DNA of 63,661 nt, counting the filler, from Circinaria calcarea (taxonomy: Eukaryota), in the NCBI GenBank assembly GCA_051942165.1. It is 7 parts of 7 records of this genome, joined end to end, with 100 filler letters (N's around TTAATTAATTAA, not from the genome) between each part and the next. Parts side by side here need not be neighbours in the genome. Positions count along the whole stretch, not along the records: positions 18,253 to 27,272 come from JAVECS010001003.1; positions 27,373 to 36,388 come from JAVECS010001004.1; 5 more parts are not named here. One strand, 5' to 3'. The notes beneath the pieces are model-generated. The model made no database searches. It worked only from the letters and a program-made list of their open reading frames with translations, and had not been told where the DNA came from. Made by a program: the position numbers and the translations under genes. Positions 25,308-36,388 of this stretch are shown here, one piece after another. How positions within the stretch are numbered: the first letter of the stretch is position 1; each line of letters begins with the position of its first letter.

Positions 25308-27025
25308 CTAGCTTCTCTTGGTCCTACCGACTTCATAGTCCGCCCATTTGACTCGTTGAACGCACCGACTCCAGTAGAAGCCGAACTGGCTACCCGGCCA
25401 GACCAATGTATTGCGCCCAGACTGCTTGTTGATAAAATAGGTGTCAACGTCCGTGCTGTATACGAAATCCTGCATCCAGCCTTGGAGCTCTTCATTGTAG
25501 GCATCTTCTGCCGCAGCCTTAACCATTATTGTCGACGATTGGGGGCTCGCCCAGCTGAGAAGGGGTTTCAGAATCCGAAGGATATATACCACCGAGCATT
25601 CTATGCCATGAAGGGTAGAGTTGCCATTCGGTAACGTGTTGGGCCCCGTCAGAACGAAGAAGTTCGGGAACCCAGATACCGCAACCCTATGAATCGTGTT
25701 AAAAGGGTGACACGTAGCGGATAAAGGCGATGGACTCAAACATACCCCATGTATGCTCTTGCGCCTCCTAATTTGTTCCATTGCTGGCGCAAGTCTCGCC
25801 CGTCCTTCCCTAGGATTCGCATTGGCGTCAGGAGCTCCTGAGTCTTGAAACCGTTTGCAAGAATGATAGTGTCAACATCGTGGTGTCCGTCCTGGGTGTC
25901 GATGATGCTGTGCCCGTCGTTTTCTATGGCTCTGATGCCGTCGCCCTTGATAAGCTCGAAATTGTCGAGATTGGTTGCCTGCAAGTAACCATGATCCATG
26001 ACAGGTCGCTTCGCGCCGAACGGGTATTTGGGGATCAGAATATCATGATATTTTTTCGCTGAGGTACTGGTCATATAGTCCTTTATTGAATCTTCGAGAT
26101 TTTTGCGCTGAGCAGCGCCAGAACTAGTTTTCTTAAATGCGGGTAGGCCCATGTCCATTTGGAAAGCCTTCCAAAGGCGGTATGCCCTAGCAGCGAGGGG
26201 AACATTGCGGAGTACCCTATCACCATCAGAAGAGAGGCAACCAAGATACCAAGGGAGTCACAAACCATTTAAATACGTCGATGTGCTGAGAGTTCACCTT
26301 TGCAGCGACCCATTGCTCGCTACGAACAATCTGCACAAGCTTCTTGACACGTCCCTCGTTAAGTAACCAAGGGACAACTTGGTTTGCTGAGCAGCCGTTT
26401 CCGAGCACCAGCACGTTCTTGCCTTGCCAATCAGCATTTCGCCAGTTTGAAGTATGCATCACGTCTCCTTGAAAGGCATTCAATATTGGGACATCCTCAC
26501 GGCCTTTCGGAACGTTGAGGACACCAACAGCGGTGATCAACACTCTGCTTTCCCGCGCGTACTCTTTCCCTGTGGTCAGGTCGCGGAATTGCACAGTCCA
26601 GGTAGAGCTCTGGTCCGACCAGCTTGCATTCAGGCACTCCTGGTTGAGCTTAATGTATGTTTCAAGCTGGAAATGCTCCACGACATTGTCAATGTAGTCA
26701 AGAATTTCGGGTTGCTTTGCGAATGTCTCCGTCCAGTTCGGATTCAGATAAAAGGAGTAGGAATAGTACTACCATCCGGTTACGTTAACAGCGAGGAAAA
26801 GTGCCGCTTCCCCTCAAAAATGACAGTGTTCGATGGGATGGGTCCTACCTGGGAATCAACATCGCAGCTCAGATTAGGATAGATGTTCTGCGCCCACGTC
26901 CCGCCTACGTGAGCGAGCTTCTCAAAAACCGCAAAGGTAACGTTGGGGAATTGTCGCTTCAACTGCACGCCCATTGCAATACCCGCCAAGCCCGACCCAA
27001 CGATAATGACATCTTCCGTCGCCAT
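25308..27025 (-). CDS. Flavin-dependent monooxygenase, type I Baeyer-Villiger-like (about 3 introns)
   Basis: GSGLAG Rossmann motif, GGTWAQNIYP..CD, fingerprint FQGDVMHTSNW, GNGCSA, ANGF, FPNFFVLTGPN. Convergent with arsM, stops ~75 bp apart. Confidence 0.88.
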
Positions 27026-27142
27026 CGCGTCGACGTTCAAGGTTACGCCAATGTAAATCGATTTGCGCAAAGACCTGAAAAATGGGATAAGTAGGACTTC
27101 AAATTGCTGGCGGAGTCGCTGTAAAAACAGACAGAGAATGAA

Positions 27143-27272
27143 AACCTATTTGGAAACCTGTTTGGTAACCTGTTTGGTAACCTGTTTGGTAACCTGTTTG
27201 GTAACCTGTTTGGTAACCTGTTTGGTAACCTGTTTGGTAACCTGTTTGGTAACCTGTTTGGTAACCTGTTTG
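27143..27272. repeat. 12-bp tandem array (AACCTGTTTGGT)n, at least 10 copies, running into the gap
   Basis: Directly visible. The first unit is degenerate (AACCTATTTGGA) and the rest are perfect. Confidence 0.95.
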
Positions 27273-27411
27273 NNNNNNNNNNNNNNNNNNNNNNNNNNNN
27301 NNNNNNNNNNNNNNNNTTAATTAATTAANNNNNNNNNNNNNNNNNNNNNNNNNNNNNNNNNNNNNNNNNNNNTTGTGTCCAAATCAGCGAATGCTGACTT
27401 AGTTGCCAAAG

Positions 27412-28510
27412 GAGCCACGTATTGAGGGACTTAAGACCCTACGTTTGTACTTATGCAGAATGCGCGGAAGCTGATCAACAATACGACAGCTTTAAGCAAT
27501 GGGTCGCCCATGAGACCAACTGCCATAGAACCACTCGGCAATGCCCTGATCATCTGACAGAGAAGTTCTCCTCGTTAAAGGCTTGGCGAGAGCACCTTAG
27601 TGTCCAGCATCATAATGGTTCGAACACCGCTTTGTTTAAAGCCATTGAACCGATTACTACCCGGGGGGCAGTCAACAGATCATGCCCTATCTGTCTTGAT
27701 GCTAATATAACCCTTAATCACATCGCTTTTTCTCTCCAGAAAATCGCGCTTTTCGCTTTGCCTAGATCAACGGGCTCAGAAAATGATACGGGCCAAAACA
27801 GCGCACATTCAGTTAGAACTTATTCCGAGTCTCGAATGGATCAATTCGATGGTCTAGAGGAATTATCGTTCTTCGATGGGGATAATGTTATGGATGATCG
27901 ACCGCTCGGACTTATCCACTTGCTAAACATTAAAGAATCGATCCCGGTGTATGGCTTAAGGCGTCTCGCCTCTAAGATTATACGAATACGGCGAATCAAC
28001 CGAATAATCGAGCGTGTTACAGGTCTGCAAGACCAAGGACATTTACAAGATGCTGGGGAGCTAGCAGAGATTGCCACGAACATGTCTCGAAACCTACTAG
28101 GAATGGAGCATCCAAACACAATGTACAGTATGGCCAAATTAGCGTTAATATACCAGGATCAAGGACGGCTCAAAGAAAGCGAGGAGCTTGCAGTGCAAGT
28201 TTGGGAGGTAAGTACGAGGGTATTAGGATCGGAGCATCCAAATACATTAAAATATGCTGCCCAATTGATATCGATATACCGGAGCACAGAGCAATGGGGA
28301 GAAGCTGAGAGACTAGGGGTATCAATTATGGACAGAAGCAAGAGAGTACTAGGAACCGAGCATGAGGTCACAGTGAACATTATGACCGAATTAACGTTGG
28401 TATATAAGGCCCAAGGGCGGTTGAAAGAAGCCGAGCAGCTAGAGATGGAAGTTTTGCAGACGAGTTCAAAGATCACGGGAACAGAGCAACCCAACGTTTC
28501 TTATGGCTAG
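27412..28510 (+). CDS. C2H2-like zinc finger plus kinesin-light-chain-type TPR repeat protein (5' exons lost at contig edge)
   Basis: DLRPYVCTYAEC..W..HE...H, CPIC, then ~42-aa repeats LGMEHPNT / LGSEHPNT / LGTEHEVT with QGRLKEAEQL. Confidence 0.75.
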
Positions 28511-29444
28511 TGGTCGCTCAGACTTACAAACTTCGGGGTTTCGTCTGGAAGAAGGCCAGGAGCTAGGCGTGCAAGTGATGGACAAAAGGTAGAGGACATG
28601 AAGACTGGAGCGACGCAGGCTCTTCAATTTCACGGAGTAATGGTACATTTATCAGAGCAGCATACCGACGAGATGAAGAATTTTCCGCTGTTTTCCTCTG
28701 CAAAAGATGAGTTCACTCCGTAGCTTCTACCAAAATAACTTCGGAGAAGAAACGTTCGTCAAAGTCAATGACTGGCGATTAGTTGATCACACTGTCGATA
28801 TTGTTGGCGTAAGTGCAAAGTGTCCGCTAAACCGCCAGTTGTAGTGTCCACTGCTCTATACTAATAATATCAAACGGTATAGCTAAAGGTGTAGCCAACG
28901 GTACGACCCGAGCCCTTCGGTTTAACCTTCCGGGGCGGTCACGTTAATTCCGGCCTCCTAGAAATTACCACATCCGGTAATACGCTAACCATATCCAGCT
29001 CCCCTCAACCATCGTTGAAGATCGCGCAGAATGGGATCCCACCCAACTTTCATATGAAAAAAACTCGAGGGTGTGGCACACGTTACTAATTATAATACCG
29101 CTGCTCTTGCGTGGTCTGGTGGTTGCCCCCCTCCTGTTTCTCTTTGTAGGACGACGCATGCTGACGCGCATTGCTTACCATACTACCTCGTCAGCGCCCC
29201 TAAGATTTAATCATGTTCTCCTACAGCATCTATCTGCCTCGGGAGCTCAGCAATGTAACCCATCATATTGGAGATCCTCGGGATCCTCGAGGGGCAAGAA
29301 TGATTGAACATTCATCTTGCCGGTGACTCTCAATCCCCTGGTTTCCCTTCGTCATTCCTTGTATAACCTCATCTGCAATAAGGGATTCCACGGGAAAGGG
29401 GGTATGATCACTGCTACTTACAAAACTGCCAAAATAACATTGCC

Positions 29445-30906
29445 ATGTCGGGATCAGCGCTCGTCGGACAGCCGCCCAGGACTCCTAATGACAGGTTGAT
29501 CTACAGAGCGCTATTGGTGATATCACCCTCCTCAATCAACCCGGACAGGAGATACCCCTTTGGACCTCCTGCTTCACCCGGCGCGAGTCATGACAGCCGA
29601 GAGGCGGGCATAATAGTTGGTTCTGTGTTTGCCATCGCCTTCGTCACACTCATCACAGCAACCCGCCTGATTGTCTGGAAAAGAAACCACTATTTTGGTT
29701 TGGATGACTGGGTCATTATCCCGGCGGCAGTAGGAAACCATCTCGTCCAGATGATTGCGCGCCAGTGGTGGCTGACTCTGCCAGATTGGCTGCGGAGCAT
29801 ATCTGAGTCTCGACATTGCTTCGGCGTCCGCGGGTTGTATAGGGAACCACCTGTATGACTGCACGTATGATGGCCTGGCTACATTCATAGTGGCAAGTTA
29901 TCTCCCGCGAGAAGGAGTCATCCTGTAGCTTCTGGGGGTCGCCTTCTTACTAATTGGGGCTATTGATGCAGCTAGCCCGTATCCAATTTCCCATCTTCTA
30001 CTTTACAGTCTTCTCTGTCAAGATCTCCATCGTCCTGCAGAACCACCGCATAACCGGATTAACCTCCAAAAAGTGGAGGATCGCGCACTATACGTACCTG
30101 GCTCTTCTCGTATGCATCCTCCCGATTTGCATGTTCCTGAACATGTTTTCGTGCTCTCCGATTGCCACTGCCTACACACTACAGTCAATTGGTTCGTTGG
30201 CGGATCCGAGAACAATCAAATGTCTAGACCGAGGTGGTATCAGTCTTGCCACCAGGACAGTGCACGTTGTCACCGACTGGCTTTTGCTTCCGGTACCTCT
30301 GATCATCATCTTTCGCCTCCAAATGCCCCTCAAAAAGAAGCTGCGCTTGGCATTCGTCTTCTGCATCGGCCTCGTCTCATCCATCGCATCGGTAGTCAGA
30401 AATTTCTTGGTCACAGAGGTTACCACTGACCTCCCCTGTAAGTTCTTCTTCTGCTATGTGGAAACAACACCGCTAATCTGGAAGTACAATCAGACGACTA
30501 TTACAATATTTACGCCTGGAATATTGTCGACATTGCCTTCGCCACCATAGTTGCATCTCTCCCAGCCCTGAACTCCTTGGAAGATACACTCGTCCGGAGG
30601 GTGAAGCAGTGGAGCATCGGATTAAATCTCAGCGGTTCGTCGAGCTTCCTCTCCAAGTTCCGCCCCTTGGGTTCGCGAAACACCCAAGGAAGTCCACCGC
30701 CGGAAGATATTGCTGAGTCCAGCATGAACAGCAAGTACTCCAACAAGTCTTCGGATTCCTTTGATCCCATGATCCATCGACAGATTGATGTGGACTTGGA
30801 GACGAGTTCTACGCACACGGGAGTCGAAGAGGCGAACGGAGGTATTTCCATTAGAGCTGTGGATAAGGTAGAGGTACATCTGCTAGAGAGCCAAGATATG
30901 GTGTGA
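29445..30906 (+). CDS. PTH11-like (rhodopsin-domain) integral membrane receptor, with an apparent 1-nt frameshift
   Basis: FGLDDW, GCIGNHLYD, VKISI, C-P, TDWLLLPVP....LQMPLKKK, IVASLPAL motifs; three introns (the second GC-AG). One extra T at 29820-29822 breaks exon 2. Confidence 0.75.
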
Positions 30907-30999
30907 TTACCGAAAATGTAGTTTTAGTCTCTCGTAATCGAAACCTAGCAGGTTAGAAGTTTTAATGGAAAAAATAATGTAATACTCATATTTCCGATT

Positions 31000-32368
31000 T
31001 GCACGAAAGAGGCTCGACTTGCGAATCTATACCCTTGGTAATGGTTAACCCTACACTACTTCTAACCAAACCTACCACCGTCCCGAAGGAGCACCGTGCC
31101 AAATCGTTCAGGAGCTCGTGTCCTACGAATCAAAAGCCCTCTTCAGAAGGAAGTAAAATCTCTCGATTATCATCTCCTTCAAAACAAAAGTCATTCCCCC
31201 TTCCCTTCCCTTCCCTTTCCTTCCCTTCCCACACCCCATCGGTCCGTGTCCTCTCGTACTCGACCCAAATATCCAAATTTGGCCCCCCCGGCCGCCTTGA
31301 ACACGTCACTTCCCACACGGTTCGGCTCGAAAAGTGTCAAACGCTCTACTGGTAGACAACTCCTCTTTCTCGCCTTTCCTTGACAAAGGGAAGGGTGGCT
31401 GAAGCGGGAAAGTCCCCTCGGCTGGATTGCCCCAGATCCTTACCGACGGCAGGTGCCGAGATCGAGTACTCGAAGGTGGCCGGTGATACCATCACGAAGG
31501 GCGCGCGAGAGAGAAGGAGAGTTGTTAGTTGTAGGATGGGTGGGCACGGAGAGGCCAAAGAAAAAGCCAAGGAACCAGAACTCACGCCGATATGGTACAA
31601 CGGCTATGCAAAGAAAAGAATTTCCCTGGCGGTATCACGCTGGGGGGGGAAACAGGGGAAATGGAAACGGAGGCTATATTTTAAGGGATCCTCATTCACT
31701 GGGGGCGTACGTAAAACTCTATAGACGTTGCCCTTCGACCCCTTCTCGAGGGTGCAATCCCACTATACTTTTCCAGCAAAATTCATCGAGTCCACCCAGA
31801 GTAATCCTTACCGCCGAACATCTTTCTTGATATCTACCAAAGGCCAATTCCCTGGAGCAGGGAAAACTATCAAGCTCGTGAGAGTGAGTATTGCGGAGAC
31901 ACATTTCTGTATGTGTAGTGTACTTCTTTCTTCTTTTGGCCGGGGAGGGGGGGGAATTGCAGTGAAGCTGACTGACACTTGTGGGGTGAGTGGAGGGTTT
32001 GGAAATCGACAACAACTTGACAGGTATACCGAGAAAAGGAAAATTTGTTACTTTAACGTTTTCTTGGGGTATGGTAGGTAAGGAAGGCTGACTCAGTATA
32101 GTTGGCCCGTTCTGAAGCAAGCATATATCTCCTATTGGTCCCAGGGGCAGGGGGGGGGGGCTCCTTATGATTGCGCATTAGGGCTTGAGATACGAGTTCT
32201 GTATTGTAAGCCCGTCTTAACCGCAAAGAAGATCCCATTTATCAAAGCTTTCAAAACCATGACTGTATAGATAGAGCCTTCTGACCCTATGAGTCAAGCG
32301 GCGACGAAAGGTGCGGGCGAGGCTTGTATGACTTCTAGGACCTTGACTCACCTTGATATTTTTGCTTA
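31000..32368 (+). ncRNA. Candidate telomerase RNA (ends approximate)
   Basis: TAACCCTA template (31046-31053) preceded by a hairpin; nested long-range helices forming a ~940-nt arm; pseudoknot-compatible segment 32026-32081; enclosing helix 31018-31026/32109-32121; Sm-like ATTTTTG followed by GTACGC. P6.1 was not identified by eye. Confidence 0.55.
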
Positions 32369-32712
32369 GTACGCAAGATTCACGGACGCTCTGGTTTTAT
32401 GAAAACAGGATATTAGGAATAAATATATTGGATTGATTTGTATCAGCCTTGCTAGAATCATCATTGTAACTTGACAACATTTGACAGGGTTCCCTTGCCA
32501 AGTGAGTCCAGCTTGATGACCCTCCAAGCCCATGATGATCATTATCGTTTGGCATATTCCGTAGGAAGCCAATCCGTCATGATCATGGAGAGCCACCCAG
32601 GCCGGCACAGCTTCACGTCCTGCGAAGCTCAATTTTTACGTTCCACAGCAAACCGATCTGCCATGGAAGCACAATTACACAGACGAGCCCCAATGCATAC
32701 CCCGCCTTCCCA

Positions 32713-35492
32713 TTAGCCCAACCTCTCGAATCTCTCCTTGGCCTTATCTTTCGTCCTTTCTAGAAAGTCAGTGTATCCCCCTTTGGTATTCCTCTCCGCC
32801 TCCTCTGTTGCATCTCCTATCTTTCCACCTTGTGCTCCTAACCCGACACCCTGCACATACATATCCGTGGCAATCGGGGCGACCATGCCCGTACCCTGAG
32901 CACCCAGACCTTCACCAGCTGCCCAGCCCATTTTGCCAAGGAGAGAGGCACCCTTGGAAGGCGGAGTTGGTGCATCTTTGGGTTCTGACGCAGGTGGTGA
33001 GGCTTGAGAAGAGGCGGTTTTCTTCATTGGAAGGGAAATCTTCTTAGAGGCACCGAAAGCTGCACGGCGTTCTCTGGCGCGGTCACGATATTCGGGAGTG
33101 TCTTCGGCGGGTGAGATTGGAATACCGGCTTTCGTCATTTTTGCTAGTGCTTTGGTAACGATGTCCTCGTTTTGGAGATTCTCACGATGAAGCTGACTGA
33201 TACGCTCGTGTTTGTTCACTTCGGCTTCGGTCTTGAATTGCCGAGAGCACAAGTAACAGCAGTTTCTAGATGGATCTGCAAAGGATCGAGTCGGAGGATC
33301 ATTGTTCTCTTTCATAGTTGGTTTGCCTTGGGGCTTCGTATTGGGAGCATCTGTGCTTTGTGCATCTTCATCGTTGGAAGTATCCGGCTTAACGCCGTGC
33401 AGCTCAGCATGACGATTGCTCCAGAATTGTAAGTGTGCGGGAGCAGTCTAGGACGTGTCAGCTTCATCCAATCAATCTTTGTCTCTGATGAGCTTACTTT
33501 CTTCTGCTTGGCTGCAGCATTTGCATCAGCTTTGCGTTTCTTAGCTTTGGCATCATTTTCTTTTCCCGGTGCTACTAGGCCCTCTTTTTCCGCTGCGATG
33601 GCGGCTTTGTCTAGAGCACTCATTGAACATGCTTCGCCCATCTTCTTAGCCTTTTCTTCAGTAGGAATTGAGATTACTAATTCGTTGACGTATGCATCTT
33701 CGTCCCAGTAAGCAAGCTTCGTGGCGGTGTTCCCAAGAGGACTAAAGGTGAATCTTTCAGTCCCAGATTCGGCGTTGAAGACCGGGATGAAAACTCCAGC
33801 GTGTATATAGCTGGCTGTGACTGGCTTGGAAGATATGGTGAATTTCTCAAAGGAGTTGAACCTAGTCAATGCAGCTTGTGCGTCCTTTATGAAAACTTAG
33901 TTCGGCCTAGGCGCAGATGCAACGACTACTCACATCAACGGTACCAAATTCCGCAAAGCCATACCGCCAGCTCTCATTACTGCGCCGATCACGAACAAGT
34001 AACACCCTCCGTAGACTGCCATCCTTAGCACCGAGATTGGCATCACCAGTCGTCGAAGCGACCTTGGCATTTCCTTTCTTAGAACTTGCAACCGAAGGCA
34101 AAGCTCGCTCATTAGGCTTGTAGAGTTTTGCAACACCCTTTGCAAGAAGATCTTCAGTTACTGTAGGTTCTAGACCGCGGAGAAGCAAGAACTGGGATGG
34201 TGTCCCATCTGGAGAAACATCACTGTCCCCACTGTTAAGGAATTCTGAACGCTTTGTAGGCTCGACTTTGCCAAAAGTAGTCATATCTAGGCAAGTTAGT
34301 AGAACGAAAAGCACATGACGGCTATCACATACCAATCTGAGGACTCTGGCACTTGTGACATCTTATTCGTCCAGGAAAATTGACAAAAGTACACTTTCGA
34401 TGTTAGTCGTTCCTAATAATACCGAAAAACTATGACTACTTACAATTTTGCAAACCCATTCACCCTCTGCCTTTTCGGGACGAGTTCGGTCATCTCTTTC
34501 ACGACTGAAAGCTATTCGAACTTTTGCTGCTTGATTGTCACCATCCGTTGCGCCTTTGCCATAGAGGTATATTATAGGGTAGTTTCGCTCAAGAAATGCT
34601 TTTGATTTTTCGATGGTTGGAAACCTTAAAAATCCAAATCCTCGTGACAACTCTAGAACAGCATCGTTAGTAAAAACTTCAGGCGGAAAGGGTATGTCAA
34701 ACATTACTTGTTTGTCGGTCTTTTATGACTCGTATATCGTCAAGTTCCTCGACATTGTGGTATTGCTTCAGTTCCTTAGTTATCTGTAATCCCATGCATT
34801 GACCGAAGACCGGCCATATGCTGTATCTTAGCCAGAGTCCGAAATGTTATTTGATGAGAACTTAGGCTCAGCGATATTATGGCAAAGGAAGTTATCTATG
34901 AGTGGTTGAAACTGGGAGGGAGGCCAACGTCTTCTTCGACCATATCCAACGGTAGTCCATCCATCATTATCTCTCGGCTTGGTGGGCCACCGTAGTAGGG
35001 TGACCGGTCTCTCTGAGGGCTTCGACTCCTGCTTCGACTATGATAGCCTGGAGATCTATATCCTTCGCGATCTCTATCCCGATATCCTCCATAATGTCCT
35101 GAACGAGGAGACGGTGTACGCCCGCGACGATCATCGTTGCGGGCTCTAGCATTGTCCCGATCACGTCTTGAGTCCCATTCACGGATGATGGTCTGATCCT
35201 TGGTCCCAGAGGTCATATGGTGAGGAGAAAGCCTGGGCCGTTCTTGGGTAAAGCCAAAATTAGCAGAGGCGCAACACGAAAGAAAGCATCATCCTGTCAA
35301 TCGATTACCATGCGGAGGTGTGTTTCGGCGAGGTGAAGGCGAGCTTCGATGATGTCTGCTTTCTGAAAGAGGTTCAGAGTATTTGTCGTCATATCGTCTG
35401 CCGTTGCCATCACTTTTAGATTGGGCTGGCATAGGTCGGTAGACACCATGTGGGTTCGATGAATTTTCATAAGATCTATAGGGAGGCATCAT
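32713..35492 (-). CDS. RBM5/RBM10-like RNA-binding splicing factor (2 RRM, RanBP2-type zinc finger, C2H2, G-patch; multi-exon)
   Basis: RS-rich N-terminus, SRGFGFLRF RNP1, WVCKI/C, SWRYGFAEF, CYLCSRQF....H...S.LH, KGASLLGKMGWAAGEGLGAQGTG G-patch. Confidence 0.88.
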
Positions 35493-35867
35493 CAAATACT
35501 AGCAACAGCGATAGATGGAAAGTTCGTATCTAGAGCTGGTCAACTATGAGGTGTAAACATGTCGACGAAGCGGGCACAGGTGTGAAGTGATGATCAGACA
35601 GCTCCTCCGGAAATAGCCAATGAAAGAGAGCTGTAATATCTAATCGACATTAATCCGGTCCGTCTATACCGGCGCTAGGCGCGGCAATTAACCGCCGGCT
35701 TCTCACGAACTTCCTCTCTACGAGTGAAATAGAAAACAGCATTGATCCTCAAAGTGCCTAGTATGCGAAAATATGAACTGTAATAGCAGATGAGTGTTTA
35801 CAACCTGGACCTCACGTTTCTTCCCAACTCGTTAGACCAGACCCTGTAATCCTCGGTATCGGGGAAA

Positions 35868-36388
35868 ATGTCTCAGCACCCCGAGCCTCAATCATTAGAG
35901 GAGCAAGGAGCTCATGTAGAGCTTACGTATGACCAGCTTGATGCTCCCTCAATCATGAACAGGGTCAGGAGTCCTCAAGCAGGTGCTATCGTTTTGTTTG
36001 CCGGCATGCCGTCTCCCAACAGTGGTTCTCCCTGAGCACATCTGACCTGCTCTTGCAGGAACAACTCGGGATAATTTTGATGGCAAGCCAGTGAAAGAGC
36101 TTCAGTACTCTGCATATATACCGCTTGCTTTGAGAACGATGCTTGCTATCGCTCAATCCACCAAGAGTAAACATCACCTGACTGGCATCTCCATGGTACA
36201 TCGTCTCGGTGTGGTCCCAATTGGCGAAGAGAGTATCCTCATTGCTGTATCTTCGCCCCACCGTCAGGCCGCATGGAAAGCTGGTGAAGAAGCATTGGAA
36301 GCTTGTAAAGAGAAAGTAGAGGTTTGGAAACTGGAAGAGTTTGGTGGTGAAGAAGGAGGTGTCTGGCGGGCGAATCGAGATGGGGTTG
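35868..36388 (+). CDS. cnxH: Molybdopterin synthase catalytic (large) subunit, MoaE/MOCS2B (3' end at contig edge)
   Basis: AGAIVLFAG / GC-AG intron / TTRDNF..LQYSAY..HRLGVVPIGEESILIAVSSPHR..KEKVEVWKLE. Confidence 0.9.

Noticed and set aside
27063..27320. ORF with LVTC repeats as a Cys-rich metal-binding peptide, or the array as CRISPR
   Set aside because: It is the translation of a spacer-less 12-bp tandem repeat running into Ns in a eukaryote; no coding evidence.
31405..31420. GGGAAAGTCCCC resembling an RNase P/MRP CR-I motif
   Set aside because: No matching CR-V/P4 partner found at a suitable distance; better explained as a small hairpin inside the candidate TER arm.
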